Shown here: piece by piece, positions 9,438 to 18,866 of the stretch
How the letters are laid out: every line of letters begins with the position of its first letter
How positions within the stretch are numbered: position 1 is the first letter of the stretch
Virus record (IMG/VR): IMGVR_UViG_3300045256_000127
DNA from: a virus
Taxonomy: Duplodnaviria > Heunggongvirae > Uroviricota > Caudoviricetes
Length of the DNA: 64,000 nucleotides
Reading direction: 5' to 3' (one strand)
The notes under the pieces: generated by a model
Told to the model about the DNA's origin: nothing
Database searches by the model: none
Seen by the model: the letters and a program-made list of their open reading frames with translations, nothing else
Translations under genes and position numbers: made by a program

Positions 9438-9774
9438 CTTTTGATTCGAAACACACCCCCGAAGTGTTGACTAAGGTCGCTTCCCCGTCCAGGGAGAGTT
9501 GGTAAATGTGGGTTCCCACAAGCACGCCGCTCTCCCTGGGCAAAGTGAATTCGACCCAGATTTCGTATTGTCCCTTGCCAAGCGGCTCGAACTTGGTTAT
9601 AGTCATCTTCGTGGTTGAGCCGGGAGGAGCGTCCTCCTGGGACACGACAGGAGCTTTGTAGTCTCTCGCATCGGCCAAGACACGCTTTAGGAACTGTGTC
9701 TTGTCGATCAGGTTAGCCCAATTGGCTAAGAAAAGAGCTTCAAGTTTCTGGGGATCGATCAGTCTCGTGTGCAT
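9415..9774 (-). CDS. hypothetical protein
   Basis: Minus-strand ORF with an internal Met start (MHTRLIDPQKLE...). Confidence 0.4.
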   Translation of the reverse strand: MHTRLIDPQKLEALFLANWANLIDKTQFLKRVLADARDYKAPVVSQEDAPPGSTTKMTITKFEPLGKGQYEIWVEFTLPRESGVLVGTHIYQLSLDGEATLVNTSGVCFESKVRQPQPV

Positions 9775-9785
9775 AAGGAAGTGCC

Positions 9786-10217
9786 ATGAAGAAGCAGGAT
9801 TACCGGGCATCCGTAGTTGAGTTCGTCGCCACCCTTTCTGACGAAGAAGTTCGCTTCGTCGCAACCCGCCTCGGCGACCGCTACGCCGGTGACATGGCGG
9901 AAGCCCTGAACTACCTCAGCGGCAAGCCCGCTGTGGATGTCATCCTCGGCTCGGCTGCGAACGCCGACGAGTTCTTCGACTACTGCGACGGCATCCGTGA
10001 GGTTGCCTACAAGGAGATCAAGCGGCGGGCCGCAACGCTCGTCGCCGCAGGGGAGTTCGACCCCCGGCAGAACAAGCACCAGGGCGGCGACCGCCCGCCC
10101 CGCCAGTTCCACGACGGCCCCCGTCCGCCCCGCCAGCACAACGGCGGCGGGCACCAGGGCGGCGACCGGCCGTACAAGACCTACCAGAAGCGGGGGCCGA
10201 ATCCGCAGTCGAACTAA
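9786..10217 (+). CDS. hypothetical protein with a C-terminal R/G/P-rich repeat tail
   Basis: RBS AGGAAG. C-terminus carries HQGGDRP x2 and RPPRQ x2 (RGG-like low complexity). Confidence 0.5.
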   Translation: MKKQDYRASVVEFVATLSDEEVRFVATRLGDRYAGDMAEALNYLSGKPAVDVILGSAANADEFFDYCDGIREVAYKEIKRRAATLVAAGEFDPRQNKHQGGDRPPRQFHDGPRPPRQHNGGGHQGGDRPYKTYQKRGPNPQSN

Positions 10218-10283
10218 CTCTCCGGCTCGACACGTCACGGAGTTAGATGAACAGGGTGGCTTCGGCCACCCTGTTTGTTTTCC

Positions 10284-10292
10284 TACCCACCT
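10284..10292 (+). promoter_or_regulatory. extended -10 promoter element (TGnTATACT)
   Basis: TG-c-TATACT lies 33 nt upstream of the helicase ATG. No clear -35. Confidence 0.35.
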
Positions 10293-10324
10293 TTGCTATA
10301 CTAGGCCAACTCAAGGAGGAGAAG

Positions 10325-12364
10325 ATGCCACAAGTCATTCGCATTGAAGACCAGAACGAACTCGTCCCGACTGCCAACTACCCGCACGCCAAGTGGAAGT
10401 TCGAGAAGTTCAACCCGGTCCAGAGCCGGTTGTTCGAAATCTACAACACCGATGCGAACGCCACCATCGCCGCCAGCACGGCTGCCGGTAAGACGGTTTC
10501 GAGCGAAATCTTCGCCGCCTACGAGATCAGGAAGAACAAGAAGAAGATGCTCTACATCGGGCCGCTCAAGTCGCTGGTGAAGGAGAAGCACCAGGACTGG
10601 ACGAAGCCCGACTACCACTTCGGCGACCTGAAGGTGTCGATCTGCTCGGGCGACTTCCGGTTGACCAACAACCGCATCAAGGAACTGGAAGCGGCCGACA
10701 TCATCGTCATGACGCCAGAGATGTTGGCGAGCCGCTGCCGCAACCACAAGAGCGAGAAGTCGCAGTTCCTCCACCATATCGGCTGCGTCGTCTTCGACGA
10801 GTCCCACCTGCTCGGCGTGCCGAGCCGGGGCGACCATATCGAGATCGCACTGATGAAGCTGACGGAGATCAACCCGGACTGCCGGGTCATTCTCCTGTCG
10901 GCCACGCTCCCCAACGTCCCCGAAGTCTGCGGCTGGGTCAGTAAGCTCACCGGCCGGGACACCTACTACCTGGAGTCCAAGTACCGCCCCTGCCCGCTGC
11001 ACATTCACTACGAGAAGTATTACGACGGCGGGAAGAAGTACGAGGACAAGGAGACGGAGAAGGTCGGAGCGGCCGTCGGGATCGTGAACTACTACAGCGA
11101 CGACAAGTTCCTCGTGTTCGTACACACCAAGAGGACCGGCCAGTTGGTTCTCGCCGCCCTGAAGCGGCAGGGGATCGACGCCGAGTTCCACAACGCCGAC
11201 CTGGACGCCGCCAAGCGGGACGCATTGGAGAAGAAGTTCAAGGAAGACCCGAAGTTCCGCTGCGTCGTCGCCACGTCCACCCTGGCCTGGGGTGTTAACC
11301 TACCGAGCCGCCGGGTCGTGATCGTCGGCGTGGACCGTGGCCTGACGCCGGTCGAGAACTACGACATCTGGCAGATGGCGGGCCGGGCCGGTCGTCCGGC
11401 GTTCGACCCTCGGGGCGACGTGTACATCCTCGTGCCGGAGAGTGCGGAGAAGGAAGTCATCGCCCGGTTGAACAAGAAGACGCCGATCCGCTCGCAGTTG
11501 CTCGACGACTTCGGCGGGCACCACAAGACGCTGGCCTTCCATATCGTGTCGGAGATTCACCACGGGAACGTGAAGACGAAGGAGGGGTTCCACGAGTGGT
11601 TCGCCCGGAGCTTCGCCGCCCACCAGAACCAGGATTTCAGTGACGCCGAGCTTGACCGGCTGATCGACCTGCTGGTGAAGTGTAAGACGGTGAAGATCGA
11701 GAACGACGAGTACAAGGTGACGATGACCGGCACCGTAGCGTCGATGTTCTACTTCTCCCCGTTCGACGTGGCCGACCTGAACAGCAACTTCAAGAGGCTG
11801 TTCGAGAACCATTGGGAGAAGGACGACTACCGGCTGGCCGTCGCCCTCGCCGATATCGACAGCAACCGCTGGGGCATCGTGAACAAGAACGAGCGGGCCG
11901 AGATGCTGAAGTTCCAGATGAAGATCGAGCAACTGTACGGCAAGGGCACGGTCAAGGAGTCGGCGATCAAGGCGGCGTTCGGCTACCACAACCTCATGAC
12001 CGGCCAGGACAACGCCGTGTTCGGGGCACTCCAGGCCGGGCTACGGGCCGACTCGGAGCGGACGATTGAGGTACTGAACGCCATCGACACGATGAGTGCG
12101 AAGTGGAACGAGGGCGACTACTTCAACACCGTCCGGCTGCGGCTCACCTACGGCGTCCGGGCCGAACTGGTTGACCTGTGCCGCATCCCGAACGTCGGCA
12201 AGGTCCGGGCCGAGCGGCTGTTCGCCGTCGGCGTGCGGAACATGCAGGACTTCGTTAACACGCCCGCCGAGAAGCTGTCGCTGGCGATGAACCTCACCGT
12301 CGATAAGGCGAAGGAGAGCCAGGACGCCGCCCGTCAGATCAAGATGAAAGAGATGATGGGTTAA
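10325..12364 (+). CDS. SF2 DEAD/DEAH-box helicase (Ski2/Hel308-like)
   Basis: Q-motif FNPVQ, Walker A TAAGKT, Walker B DESH, motif III SAT, motif VI QMAGRAGR. RBS AAGGAGGA. Confidence 0.85.
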   Translation: MPQVIRIEDQNELVPTANYPHAKWKFEKFNPVQSRLFEIYNTDANATIAASTAAGKTVSSEIFAAYEIRKNKKKMLYIGPLKSLVKEKHQDWTKPDYHFGDLKVSICSGDFRLTNNRIKELEAADIIVMTPEMLASRCRNHKSEKSQFLHHIGCVVFDESHLLGVPSRGDHIEIALMKLTEINPDCRVILLSATLPNVPEVCGWVSKLTGRDTYYLESKYRPCPLHIHYEKYYDGGKKYEDKETEKVGAAVGIVNYYSDDKFLVFVHTKRTGQLVLAALKRQGIDAEFHNADLDAAKRDALEKKFKEDPKFRCVVATSTLAWGVNLPSRRVVIVGVDRGLTPVENYDIWQMAGRAGRPAFDPRGDVYILVPESAEKEVIARLNKKTPIRSQLLDDFGGHHKTLAFHIVSEIHHGNVKTKEGFHEWFARSFAAHQNQDFSDAELDRLIDLLVKCKTVKIENDEYKVTMTGTVASMFYFSPFDVADLNSNFKRLFENHWEKDDYRLAVALADIDSNRWGIVNKNERAEMLKFQMKIEQLYGKGTVKESAIKAAFGYHNLMTGQDNAVFGALQAGLRADSERTIEVLNAIDTMSAKWNEGDYFNTVRLRLTYGVRAELVDLCRIPNVGKVRAERLFAVGVRNMQDFVNTPAEKLSLAMNLTVDKAKESQDAARQIKMKEMMG

Positions 12365-12672
12365 CCCAAGATGTCCTTGAGCGGTGTCCCGAAGAACCCT
12401 TCGGGATACTGCACTTTCACCGTGCCGTTCCCGTTGGTCTTCTGCCCGTTCTCGTCCTCAGTCCAGAACCGCACTTCCTTGATGTCGTTGAAGTCGGACC
12501 ACTCGCCCGTCTTCGGGTCTTGAAACTGCTGCTCGAAGAAGCACGGGTCGTTCGCACTGACGGGGAGCTTGATCCGCTCCCCTTCGTGCAGGATGACCAC
12601 GTTGCACCGCTCGTTGACCGGATCGAAGAGACGGCAGTTCTTACAGATGTGTTCGATTTTCTTCTTTTTCAT
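12361..12672 (-). CDS. small Cys-containing protein (possible zinc ribbon)
   Basis: CKNCR...C...C pattern. Convergent with the helicase, with both stop codons inside the palindrome GTTAAC. Confidence 0.5.
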   Translation of the reverse strand: MKKKKIEHICKNCRLFDPVNERCNVVILHEGERIKLPVSANDPCFFEQQFQDPKTGEWSDFNDIKEVRFWTEDENGQKTNGNGTVKVQYPEGFFGTPLKDILG

Positions 12673-12719
12673 GACGCACTTCCTTTACTTAACTAATGGT
12701 ACTACATTCGGAGGCCGAA

Positions 12720-12914
12720 ATGCAATACACTGCTACCTTGATGGGTATCTATAGCTGTAAGGTAATTATCGAGGCATCCTCTCCCCAGGAAGCCGAAGAA
12801 AAGCTGCTCAACGCCAAGTCCGCTGCCGACTTCACCCGGTTCGGGAACAAGCTCGAATTCGTGAAGACAGATTCGGTGGAGGACATTTTCCCTAGTGAAG
12901 TGGAGATCGACTGA
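12720..12914 (+). CDS. hypothetical small protein
   Basis: GGAGG RBS followed by MQYTATLMGIY... Confidence 0.4.
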   Translation: MQYTATLMGIYSCKVIIEASSPQEAEEKLLNAKSAADFTRFGNKLEFVKTDSVEDIFPSEVEID

Positions 12915-13219
12915 TGTTAATCAACGTGAATACGATTGAGGCCGTCCGCAAGGCCATCGCCCTCAACGAGTTGGTTGTGGTAGACGTGTACGCAACGTGG
13001 TGCCCGCCGTGCAAAGCGCTGGCACCTATTCTTGAACAAGTCGCCGATTTGTGCTACATTGTGAAAGTGAACAACGACGAGGTTCCCGACGCTGCCGTGG
13101 AGTTCAACGTAGGCGGACTCCCGACCCTTCTGTTCTTTAAGAACGGGCAGTTGTTGGACCGAGTTCTCGGCTTGATTAGCCGTGAGGCTTTAGAAGCCAA
13201 AATTAACCAACTTAAGTAA
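12914..13219 (+). CDS. thioredoxin
   Basis: Active site WCPPCK (a variant of WCGPCK) and thioredoxin-like length. Confidence 0.75.
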   Translation: MLINVNTIEAVRKAIALNELVVVDVYATWCPPCKALAPILEQVADLCYIVKVNNDEVPDAAVEFNVGGLPTLLFFKNGQLLDRVLGLISREALEAKINQLK

Positions 13220-13233
13220 CCCAGGAGGCAAGG

Positions 13234-13845
13234 ATGCCGGTAGGAACATACCAGAGCGGGGCGAACACCCATTCGCACTTCAACAGCGCTCGCCACAAGG
13301 CGTTCGACGGGATGGGCAAGCAAAATGCCGTCGAGTTCTTGGAGGGCGACGGGTGGAATGTGGAGAAGAACGACGAGGACGCCAAAGGGCGGGTGTTGTA
13401 CACGAACACCGATCTCGTCGCCTCGAAGCCGACCGGCGAACTCTTCTTCTTCGAGGCCGAAGTCAAGCGGGACAAATACTGGAGCTACATCTACCAGGGC
13501 GTAGACATTCCGACCCGGAAGGCGAAGTACCACCGGGAGGGCGTGGACGCCGCCATCATGATGAGCAACGAGAGCAACACGGCGATGCTGGAAATCCCGC
13601 TGAAGCTCATCGCCCTCGCCTGCGAAGACTGCGGCGAAGAGTACAAGGGGGACTTCGGGGCGAAGTCCTCGACCGGCTTCGTGATGCCCGCCCACGGCTG
13701 TCACCGGGTCATGAAGCCCTGCCGGGACCGCTACAACGGCAGCACCGTCGAGACGTTCGCCCGCATCCCGTACAAGTACATCAAGCACTACGTCAAGAAG
13801 GACGGGGCTTGGGTGCTTCACAAAGACGCACAACCCATTTCCTAA
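13234..13845 (+). CDS. hypothetical protein, possible PD-(D/E)xK nuclease fold
   Basis: D...FFFEAEVK resembles D-x(n)-E-x-K. Weak. Confidence 0.45.
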   Translation: MPVGTYQSGANTHSHFNSARHKAFDGMGKQNAVEFLEGDGWNVEKNDEDAKGRVLYTNTDLVASKPTGELFFFEAEVKRDKYWSYIYQGVDIPTRKAKYHREGVDAAIMMSNESNTAMLEIPLKLIALACEDCGEEYKGDFGAKSSTGFVMPAHGCHRVMKPCRDRYNGSTVETFARIPYKYIKHYVKKDGAWVLHKDAQPIS

Positions 13846-13863
13846 CTCTCAAGGAGGAGAGCT

Positions 13864-14475
13864 ATGCACCTGATCGGAGTCGCCTCGCAGGCACAGCACG
13901 GTAAGGACACCCTCGCCAACTATCTTGCCCAGGCTTTGAACAAGCCTGTTTACTACGACAAGCCCGGTAGCAAGATTCATTGGAAGCGGGACGCCTTCGC
14001 CAACAACGTCAAGCGGATATACTGCGAGACGTTCAACAAGGACATGGAGTTCGTCGAGAAGTGGAAGGTGATCCCTGAAGTGCCGCCCGGCATGGACATG
14101 ACCGTCCGCCGGGCGTTACAGTTCATCGGGGACGGCTTCCGCCAGATTCAGGGTGACATCTGGATCGACCTGATGTTCCGTAAGGACGAGCCGAAGATCA
14201 TCTCCGACATTCGTTACATCAACGAGTTGAAGGCGATCAAGAACCGGGGCGGGTTCACGATCCTGGTGGCACGGGCCGACAAGCTGAACGACGACCCGAA
14301 CGGGTCGGAGGCTCAGATCAGGCCGCTCGTCACCTACGCCCTGGGGATGAACCCGGAGCGTCCCGAGGCGATGGACTTCGTGGACGCCATCGTGTTAAAC
14401 AACGGAACGGTCGAGGAATTGTACGCCCAGGGGGACAATTTGATTCCTCAGATACTCAACTATTTCCGTCTCTAA
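13864..14475 (+). CDS. deoxynucleoside monophosphate kinase (T4 gp1-like)
   Basis: GVASQAQHGKDTLANYL (P-loop, compare T4 GVKRSGKDTTADFI), VRRALQFIGDG and NNGTVEELYAQ all parallel T4 dNMP kinase. Confidence 0.75.
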   Translation: MHLIGVASQAQHGKDTLANYLAQALNKPVYYDKPGSKIHWKRDAFANNVKRIYCETFNKDMEFVEKWKVIPEVPPGMDMTVRRALQFIGDGFRQIQGDIWIDLMFRKDEPKIISDIRYINELKAIKNRGGFTILVARADKLNDDPNGSEAQIRPLVTYALGMNPERPEAMDFVDAIVLNNGTVEELYAQGDNLIPQILNYFRL

Positions 14476-14491
14476 GAGCAATAAGGAACAT

Positions 14492-15022
14492 ATGCCAAAA
14501 GAAGAAGTCGTCAAGAAATACGCCCCGCTGGTTGAGGAACTGGCGGGGAACATCGCCACCGGCCCGGAAACCGTCTACGTCAAGGGCGAATACTTCGGGT
14601 ACTTCCTGAACAAGCTGGTCAAGGGCTACGCCCAGGCACTCGACGCCGCCCAGCCGTCGTTCAACTCGATCCTCTTCAATGAGGCGAAGCGGAAGGCAAT
14701 CACCCAACTCACCGAGAAGCTGCAAGTCTTCGTCAACACCGGCGATCCGATGCAAGCCGCCGACGAGTTGAACTACGTCGTGAACGAGGTTTACCGGCAG
14801 GTCGTCGGCCACCTGGACACCCAGGTCACGTCGGCCGTCGCCCTGTACTTCCTCGGCGTCGTAGAGACGGTGAAGAACAACCTGCGGGACGCCAAGTTCG
14901 ACAACCCGGCATCCCCGGCTCTGCGGGCCACCACCCTGCGGCGGTACTCCCTGGCCGTCGGCGTCCTCGGGCAGTTGACCTGCACCCTGGCCTGCCGCAC
15001 TTCGGGGTGCTGCGGTGAGTGA
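14492..15022 (+). CDS. hypothetical protein
   Basis: ORF preceded by an RBS-like AAGGAACA. Confidence 0.45.
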   Translation: MPKEEVVKKYAPLVEELAGNIATGPETVYVKGEYFGYFLNKLVKGYAQALDAAQPSFNSILFNEAKRKAITQLTEKLQVFVNTGDPMQAADELNYVVNEVYRQVVGHLDTQVTSAVALYFLGVVETVKNNLRDAKFDNPASPALRATTLRRYSLAVGVLGQLTCTLACRTSGCCGE

Positions 15023-15482
15023 GTTCATTAAGAACGAGTCCATGAAGTTCGTCCCGAAAAGCTGGGGCTGGGAACTGTGGATCGTCAACAACGAGAAATA
15101 CTGCGGGAAGATTTTGTTCGTGAAGCGGGGGCAGTTCCTCAGCTACCACTACCACAAGATCAAGGATGAGGTTCTATACATCCAGTCCGGCCGTGCCCGC
15201 TTCGTGATCTCCGACCACGAGGACGGCCGTGACCCGAGCGAAGTGTTCATGGACGAGGGGCAGGCGTACCACGTCACGACGGGGTGCCCGCACCAGATCG
15301 AGGCGTTGCGGGACTTGACGATCATCGAGTTCAGCACCCAGCACTTCGACTCGGACAGTATCCGCCTTTCACCGAGTAAAGGTGACGGCGGACAACGAAT
15401 CGAAGTAATGCCACCACCGCACCCGTTCGAGAACCTGTTCGATGCGGCTCCGAACTGCGTGCCAGAATCGAGATACTGCTAA
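15015..15482 (+). CDS. cupin-domain protein (mannose-6-phosphate isomerase type II-like cupin_2)
   Basis: SWGWELWI...YCGKILFVKRGQFLSYHYHKIKDEVLYIQSG matches the small MPI-type cupin signature. Confidence 0.65.
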   Translation: MSEFIKNESMKFVPKSWGWELWIVNNEKYCGKILFVKRGQFLSYHYHKIKDEVLYIQSGRARFVISDHEDGRDPSEVFMDEGQAYHVTTGCPHQIEALRDLTIIEFSTQHFDSDSIRLSPSKGDGGQRIEVMPPPHPFENLFDAAPNCVPESRYC

Positions 15483-15757
15483 TGCGTAACCACTGGCTGA
15501 AGCTTCACCGGCTGCGTGAAGCGAAGAGAAACTGCGAGGTTCACCTGTTCAGCGGGATGAAGACCCAAGACATTGTGGCAATCCTGCCGTTCGCCGACCA
15601 CATCGCATTCAAGCCGGACGAGTTGACCAGCGTGTCGGGCTTCATCATCATGCACAAGGGGAAGGACGTGATGTATCACTACTTCGCCCATACGTTCGTG
15701 ATGAAGAAGGGCGAAGTGCTGAACCTCGACTTGAGTAAGATCACGTTCCGGGTTTAA
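15482..15757 (+). CDS. hypothetical protein
   Basis: TAATG-overlapping start. Small ORF. Confidence 0.4.
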   Translation: MRNHWLKLHRLREAKRNCEVHLFSGMKTQDIVAILPFADHIAFKPDELTSVSGFIIMHKGKDVMYHYFAHTFVMKKGEVLNLDLSKITFRV

Positions 15758-16413
15758 CCTTCGTTAAGCTGCCGCTTGATCTTAGTCTTCAGCTTGCCGA
15801 TGCCGACTTCGGTCAGCACCATGAACTTCCAACCGAGCTTTTCTGCATGGGCGTCCATCGACGCCCATTTGCATTTGTTCTTCTCCAAGTCCGTCTGCTT
15901 GGCGGGCTTGATCTCCCAGATTTCGGTCGCCCCGTCGATGAAGCAAACCTTCAGGTCAGGGATGTAGTCGTGCCACTCGCCCCGGTAGGTGTATGGCACC
16001 TTGAACGGTTCGACGTAGAACGCCGCCACGTCCTTGTCCGAGTCCAGTAGTTCGTAAACCTCGCACTCGTACCCGGAGCGGTAGTGGAGCGGGGCGTTCA
16101 TCTTGGACGACATGTAAGTGCCGTCACGCACCTTCGGCTTGCGGGCCTTTCTCTTACCCTTCGAGTCGAAGTCGAACCAGACGGTGACGGTGTGTTGCAC
16201 ATCGCTCGGCATGACCCGGTTCGGGTGCTTGGCCTTGTAGTGGGCCTTCATGTCCCGGACGGGTGCCTCGCAGGCCGGACACTTGATCCATTCCCGGCCC
16301 TCGTCGTGTTTATCGTAGATGTGCCCCTTGTACTCGTCGTAGGAGGGGAAGAGTTCCCCGCATACGAAACAAGCCCATTTGCGAACATCCTTGCTTCCTG
16401 GCTTTTCGAACAT
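15754..16413 (-). CDS. C2H2 zinc-finger / PD-(D/E)xK nuclease fusion protein
   Basis: Two C2H2-like fingers (CFVCGELFPSYDEYKGHIYDKH and CPACEAPVRDMKAHYKAKH). C-terminal hPD...EIWEIKP nuclease core. The start overlaps the upstream stop as TAATG. Confidence 0.55.
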   Translation of the reverse strand: MFEKPGSKDVRKWACFVCGELFPSYDEYKGHIYDKHDEGREWIKCPACEAPVRDMKAHYKAKHPNRVMPSDVQHTVTVWFDFDSKGKRKARKPKVRDGTYMSSKMNAPLHYRSGYECEVYELLDSDKDVAAFYVEPFKVPYTYRGEWHDYIPDLKVCFIDGATEIWEIKPAKQTDLEKNKCKWASMDAHAEKLGWKFMVLTEVGIGKLKTKIKRQLNEG

Positions 16414-16820
16414 TACTCTCCCGGCCCTTGTAGATTCTGGACGAACCGCACGGCGTTCTTGATCTTGGTGTCGAGGCCGAGGGTGAGGATTTCCACGATC
16501 TCGTAAAGCTGCTTGGTCAAGCTCTCCCGGTTGGTGTGGGACAGCGGCCCGTCTTGGAGCGTGACCTGGGACACGTTGTCCTTCTTGGCGTCGAGGATGT
16601 ACTTGTACGACACGTTGCCCACCTGGGACTTCGTGATGGTGAACTCCCAATTGATCGTGGCGGCAGCGGGATCGACGCACTCGCTCGGCTGCTGCTCGGT
16701 GGACTTGAACTGCGTGTTGCCCAGGGCGCTCCAGGTGAGTGCCCGGCTCTTGGTCTTCTCGATCAGTTCCCGTACCAACGCTTCGTTGTACAGGTCTTGT
16801 AGGTCAAGCAGTGATGGCAT
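16413..16820 (-). CDS. hypothetical protein
   Basis: RBS GGGAGA upstream of MPSLLDLQ. Confidence 0.45.
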   Translation of the reverse strand: MPSLLDLQDLYNEALVRELIEKTKSRALTWSALGNTQFKSTEQQPSECVDPAAATINWEFTITKSQVGNVSYKYILDAKKDNVSQVTLQDGPLSHTNRESLTKQLYEIVEILTLGLDTKIKNAVRFVQNLQGPGE

Positions 16821-16822
16821 AT

Positions 16823-17227
16823 TTATTCTCCCTCGATCTCGACGGCGATGTGCATGTGTCCGTCGAAGTCGTCAGTGGCTTGCTTGTTAAGGATGGCAAA
16901 AGCCTTGTCCTTGTCGATCACCTTCGCTTTCTTAATGTCGTCTTCACTGACGACACGCTGACCGGCGTTGCCTGTAACAACCCCGGTCAGGTTGTACATA
17001 GTGAACGAGGCGTCTTTCGTGGTGTCTTCGTCCGGCTTCTTCAAGCTGGCGAACATGATCCGGCTGCCCTCGCCCCCGGCGAGGACTTCCTTGCCGAGTT
17101 GGAGGAACATGACGAAGTTGGGATTGTCCACCAGATTGCGAAGGTTCTCTTCCCGGCGGTGCGGTCCGATAGACTCGTCCCAGGTATCCATCAAGTCACG
17201 GAAGTCAGAAAAACCGGGTGATTGCAC
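16823..17227 (-). CDS. hypothetical protein (GTG start at 17227 or ATG at 17191)
   Basis: ORF with coding composition. Start ambiguous. Confidence 0.4.
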   Translation of the reverse strand: MQSPGFSDFRDLMDTWDESIGPHRREENLRNLVDNPNFVMFLQLGKEVLAGGEGSRIMFASLKKPDEDTTKDASFTMYNLTGVVTGNAGQRVVSEDDIKKAKVIDKDKAFAILNKQATDDFDGHMHIAVEIEGE

Positions 17228-17268
17228 AGTTGCCTCTGAATGACGGGGACTACACCATATATAACATC

Positions 17269-17751
17269 ATGAACTGGACTTTTCGGCGATTCATGGAACA
17301 AGGCGAGGCCGCACCCACGGCGGGTGCCGCCCCGGCCTCACCGGACAATCCGGGCAAGAAGAACGACGCCTCCGTTGGCGACATGGAACTCGACATCAGC
17401 AAGGATGACCGGGACACCGTTGACCAACAGGGGGAGTTCATTACGTCCCTGAAGCCGCTCTACTTCAAGAGCCACGGCATCAAGGCCGCACCGCCGATCT
17501 TCCTCCAGGTTCTCCAGAAGTACGACGACGGCAGTGCCCGAGTCAAGATCATGTACTCGTTGTGCAACAAGCGGAAGCTGCGGACATCCGAGGGCGAACC
17601 CCTCCAGATCGCCCCGCAAGACCAGGAAGCCTTCCTGTCCCGTCAGGAGTTGGATGACATCCGGCTCGGTGCCTTCGATCAATCAGCCGCCGGTGGCGGC
17701 ATGGGTGGGGCTATGGGCGGGATGCCGCCTCCACCGGGAGGTTTGGTATGA
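17269..17751 (+). CDS. hypothetical protein with a Gly/Met/Pro-rich C-terminus
   Basis: Start at MNWTFRRFMEQ. C-terminus GGGMGGAMGGMPPPPGG. Confidence 0.4.
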   Translation: MNWTFRRFMEQGEAAPTAGAAPASPDNPGKKNDASVGDMELDISKDDRDTVDQQGEFITSLKPLYFKSHGIKAAPPIFLQVLQKYDDGSARVKIMYSLCNKRKLRTSEGEPLQIAPQDQEAFLSRQELDDIRLGAFDQSAAGGGMGGAMGGMPPPPGGLV

Positions 17752-17814
17752 TGTCATTCAAGAAGTGGTTCTTAGCTCAAGAAACGATGACCAGCACCGG
17801 CTGCGTGGCCGGGT

Positions 17815-18159
17815 TCAGCCGCCCGATTGGGATCGGCATGGTTCGGCGGAAGAAGGTGCCGAACATTGTGACGGGTCAGCCTCAAGTGAAAGAGAGTCGG
17901 AAACCGGCTCGGTAAGCACTTCCACCCTGTTCTTAGTCTCGATCCAGACGTGTGCCCCGCAGCTTAGCGGCTTGTCGGGGCTGTAGATCACCCTCGCAAC
18001 CTCGTTACCGTGGTCGTCGTAAATGACGGCCTGATGGCCGTAGGTGTTCTCTTTGTACGTCTTGCATGTGATGACCGGGTTCCGGTTGCCCGTGATCCGG
18101 TTGCCCGTGATCCGGTTCTTTTTGATGGCATGTTGGTTAACGTGAATGACGGTCTTCAT
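17815..18159 (-). CDS. hypothetical protein
   Basis: Contains an in-frame 15-bp tandem duplication (NRITGNRITG). Confidence 0.4.
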   Translation of the reverse strand: MKTVIHVNQHAIKKNRITGNRITGNRNPVITCKTYKENTYGHQAVIYDDHGNEVARVIYSPDKPLSCGAHVWIETKNRVEVLTEPVSDSLSLEADPSQCSAPSSAEPCRSQSGG

Positions 18160-18189
18160 GGCAGCAGTGTACCATGAAGACCGTTCGTT

Positions 18190-18528
18190 TTACAACATGA
18201 TTGGCATCTCGTTGTCGTGGATGCCCGTGTCGAGCGGCGTGTCGTCGAGTGCCGTGTACGGGTCGGCCCCCATGTGCGAGACTGCCTCGGCCTTCCGGCG
18301 GCAGTCCTTAGCCTTCTCCAGATTGTACCCGGCCCGATAACCGAAGTTGTCCATCTTGGAAGATGTCGGGCCGAGGATGTGAATCTGTCCAATGACCTGC
18401 TTCTTGCGCTTGCCATTGCAGTGCGGGCAGGCCACACCCTTGTACTTGCCCGTGGGGTCGTGTTTCTCCAGAGCTTCGAAATACTTCCCGCATTTCTTGC
18501 TGCTGCAAACGAAACAATACATCGGCAT
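18190..18528 (-). CDS. putative zinc-binding protein
   Basis: CFVCSSKKCGK...CPHCNG Cys4 pattern. Confidence 0.45.
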   Translation of the reverse strand: MPMYCFVCSSKKCGKYFEALEKHDPTGKYKGVACPHCNGKRKKQVIGQIHILGPTSSKMDNFGYRAGYNLEKAKDCRRKAEAVSHMGADPYTALDDTPLDTGIHDNEMPIML

Positions 18529-18532
18529 ATCG

Positions 18533-18856
18533 TTAGTCCTTCTTTTTCTTTTCTTCCTCTTCCTCGTAGATGGCTTTCACGAGGTTCTTGAAGATTTTGT
18601 TGATGACTCGTGTCTTGTGGGCGGGGCTGCGGAACCACCAGAAGATATCCTGCTTTGCGACAGCCTGAGCCTGGGCCAATAACCGTTCCTTAAGCTGAGT
18701 GTGCATCAGGTCGATTTGCATCGCCACATCCTCGAAGTCCATGTCGATTACGATGCCACTCCCCTTTTCGTCATCCTCCTCGTCGTCGTTCTCGTCGAAA
18801 CCGTAGCCTTCTTCATCTTCATCCTTATTCGGTTCTTCGTTGAAGTAGCGTTTCAT
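18533..18856 (-). CDS. acidic hypothetical protein
   Basis: RBS AAGAGG. D/E-rich N-terminal half and a C-terminus of EEEEEKKKKD. Confidence 0.45.
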   Translation of the reverse strand: MKRYFNEEPNKDEDEEGYGFDENDDEEDDEKGSGIVIDMDFEDVAMQIDLMHTQLKERLLAQAQAVAKQDIFWWFRSPAHKTRVINKIFKNLVKAIYEEEEEKKKKD

Positions 18857-18866
18857 CAAATACCTC

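Noticed and set aside
10247-10324. Alternative upstream start (MNRVASATLF...) for the helicase gene.
   Set aside because: The upstream extension is hydrophobic and junk-like with no RBS. AAGGAGGA sits perfectly before ATG 10325, and an extended -10 element lies within the putative extension.
12360-12365. GTTAAC palindrome containing the stop codons of both convergent genes.
   Set aside because: A neat coincidence of TAA on both strands, but no evidence of function beyond compact convergent termination.
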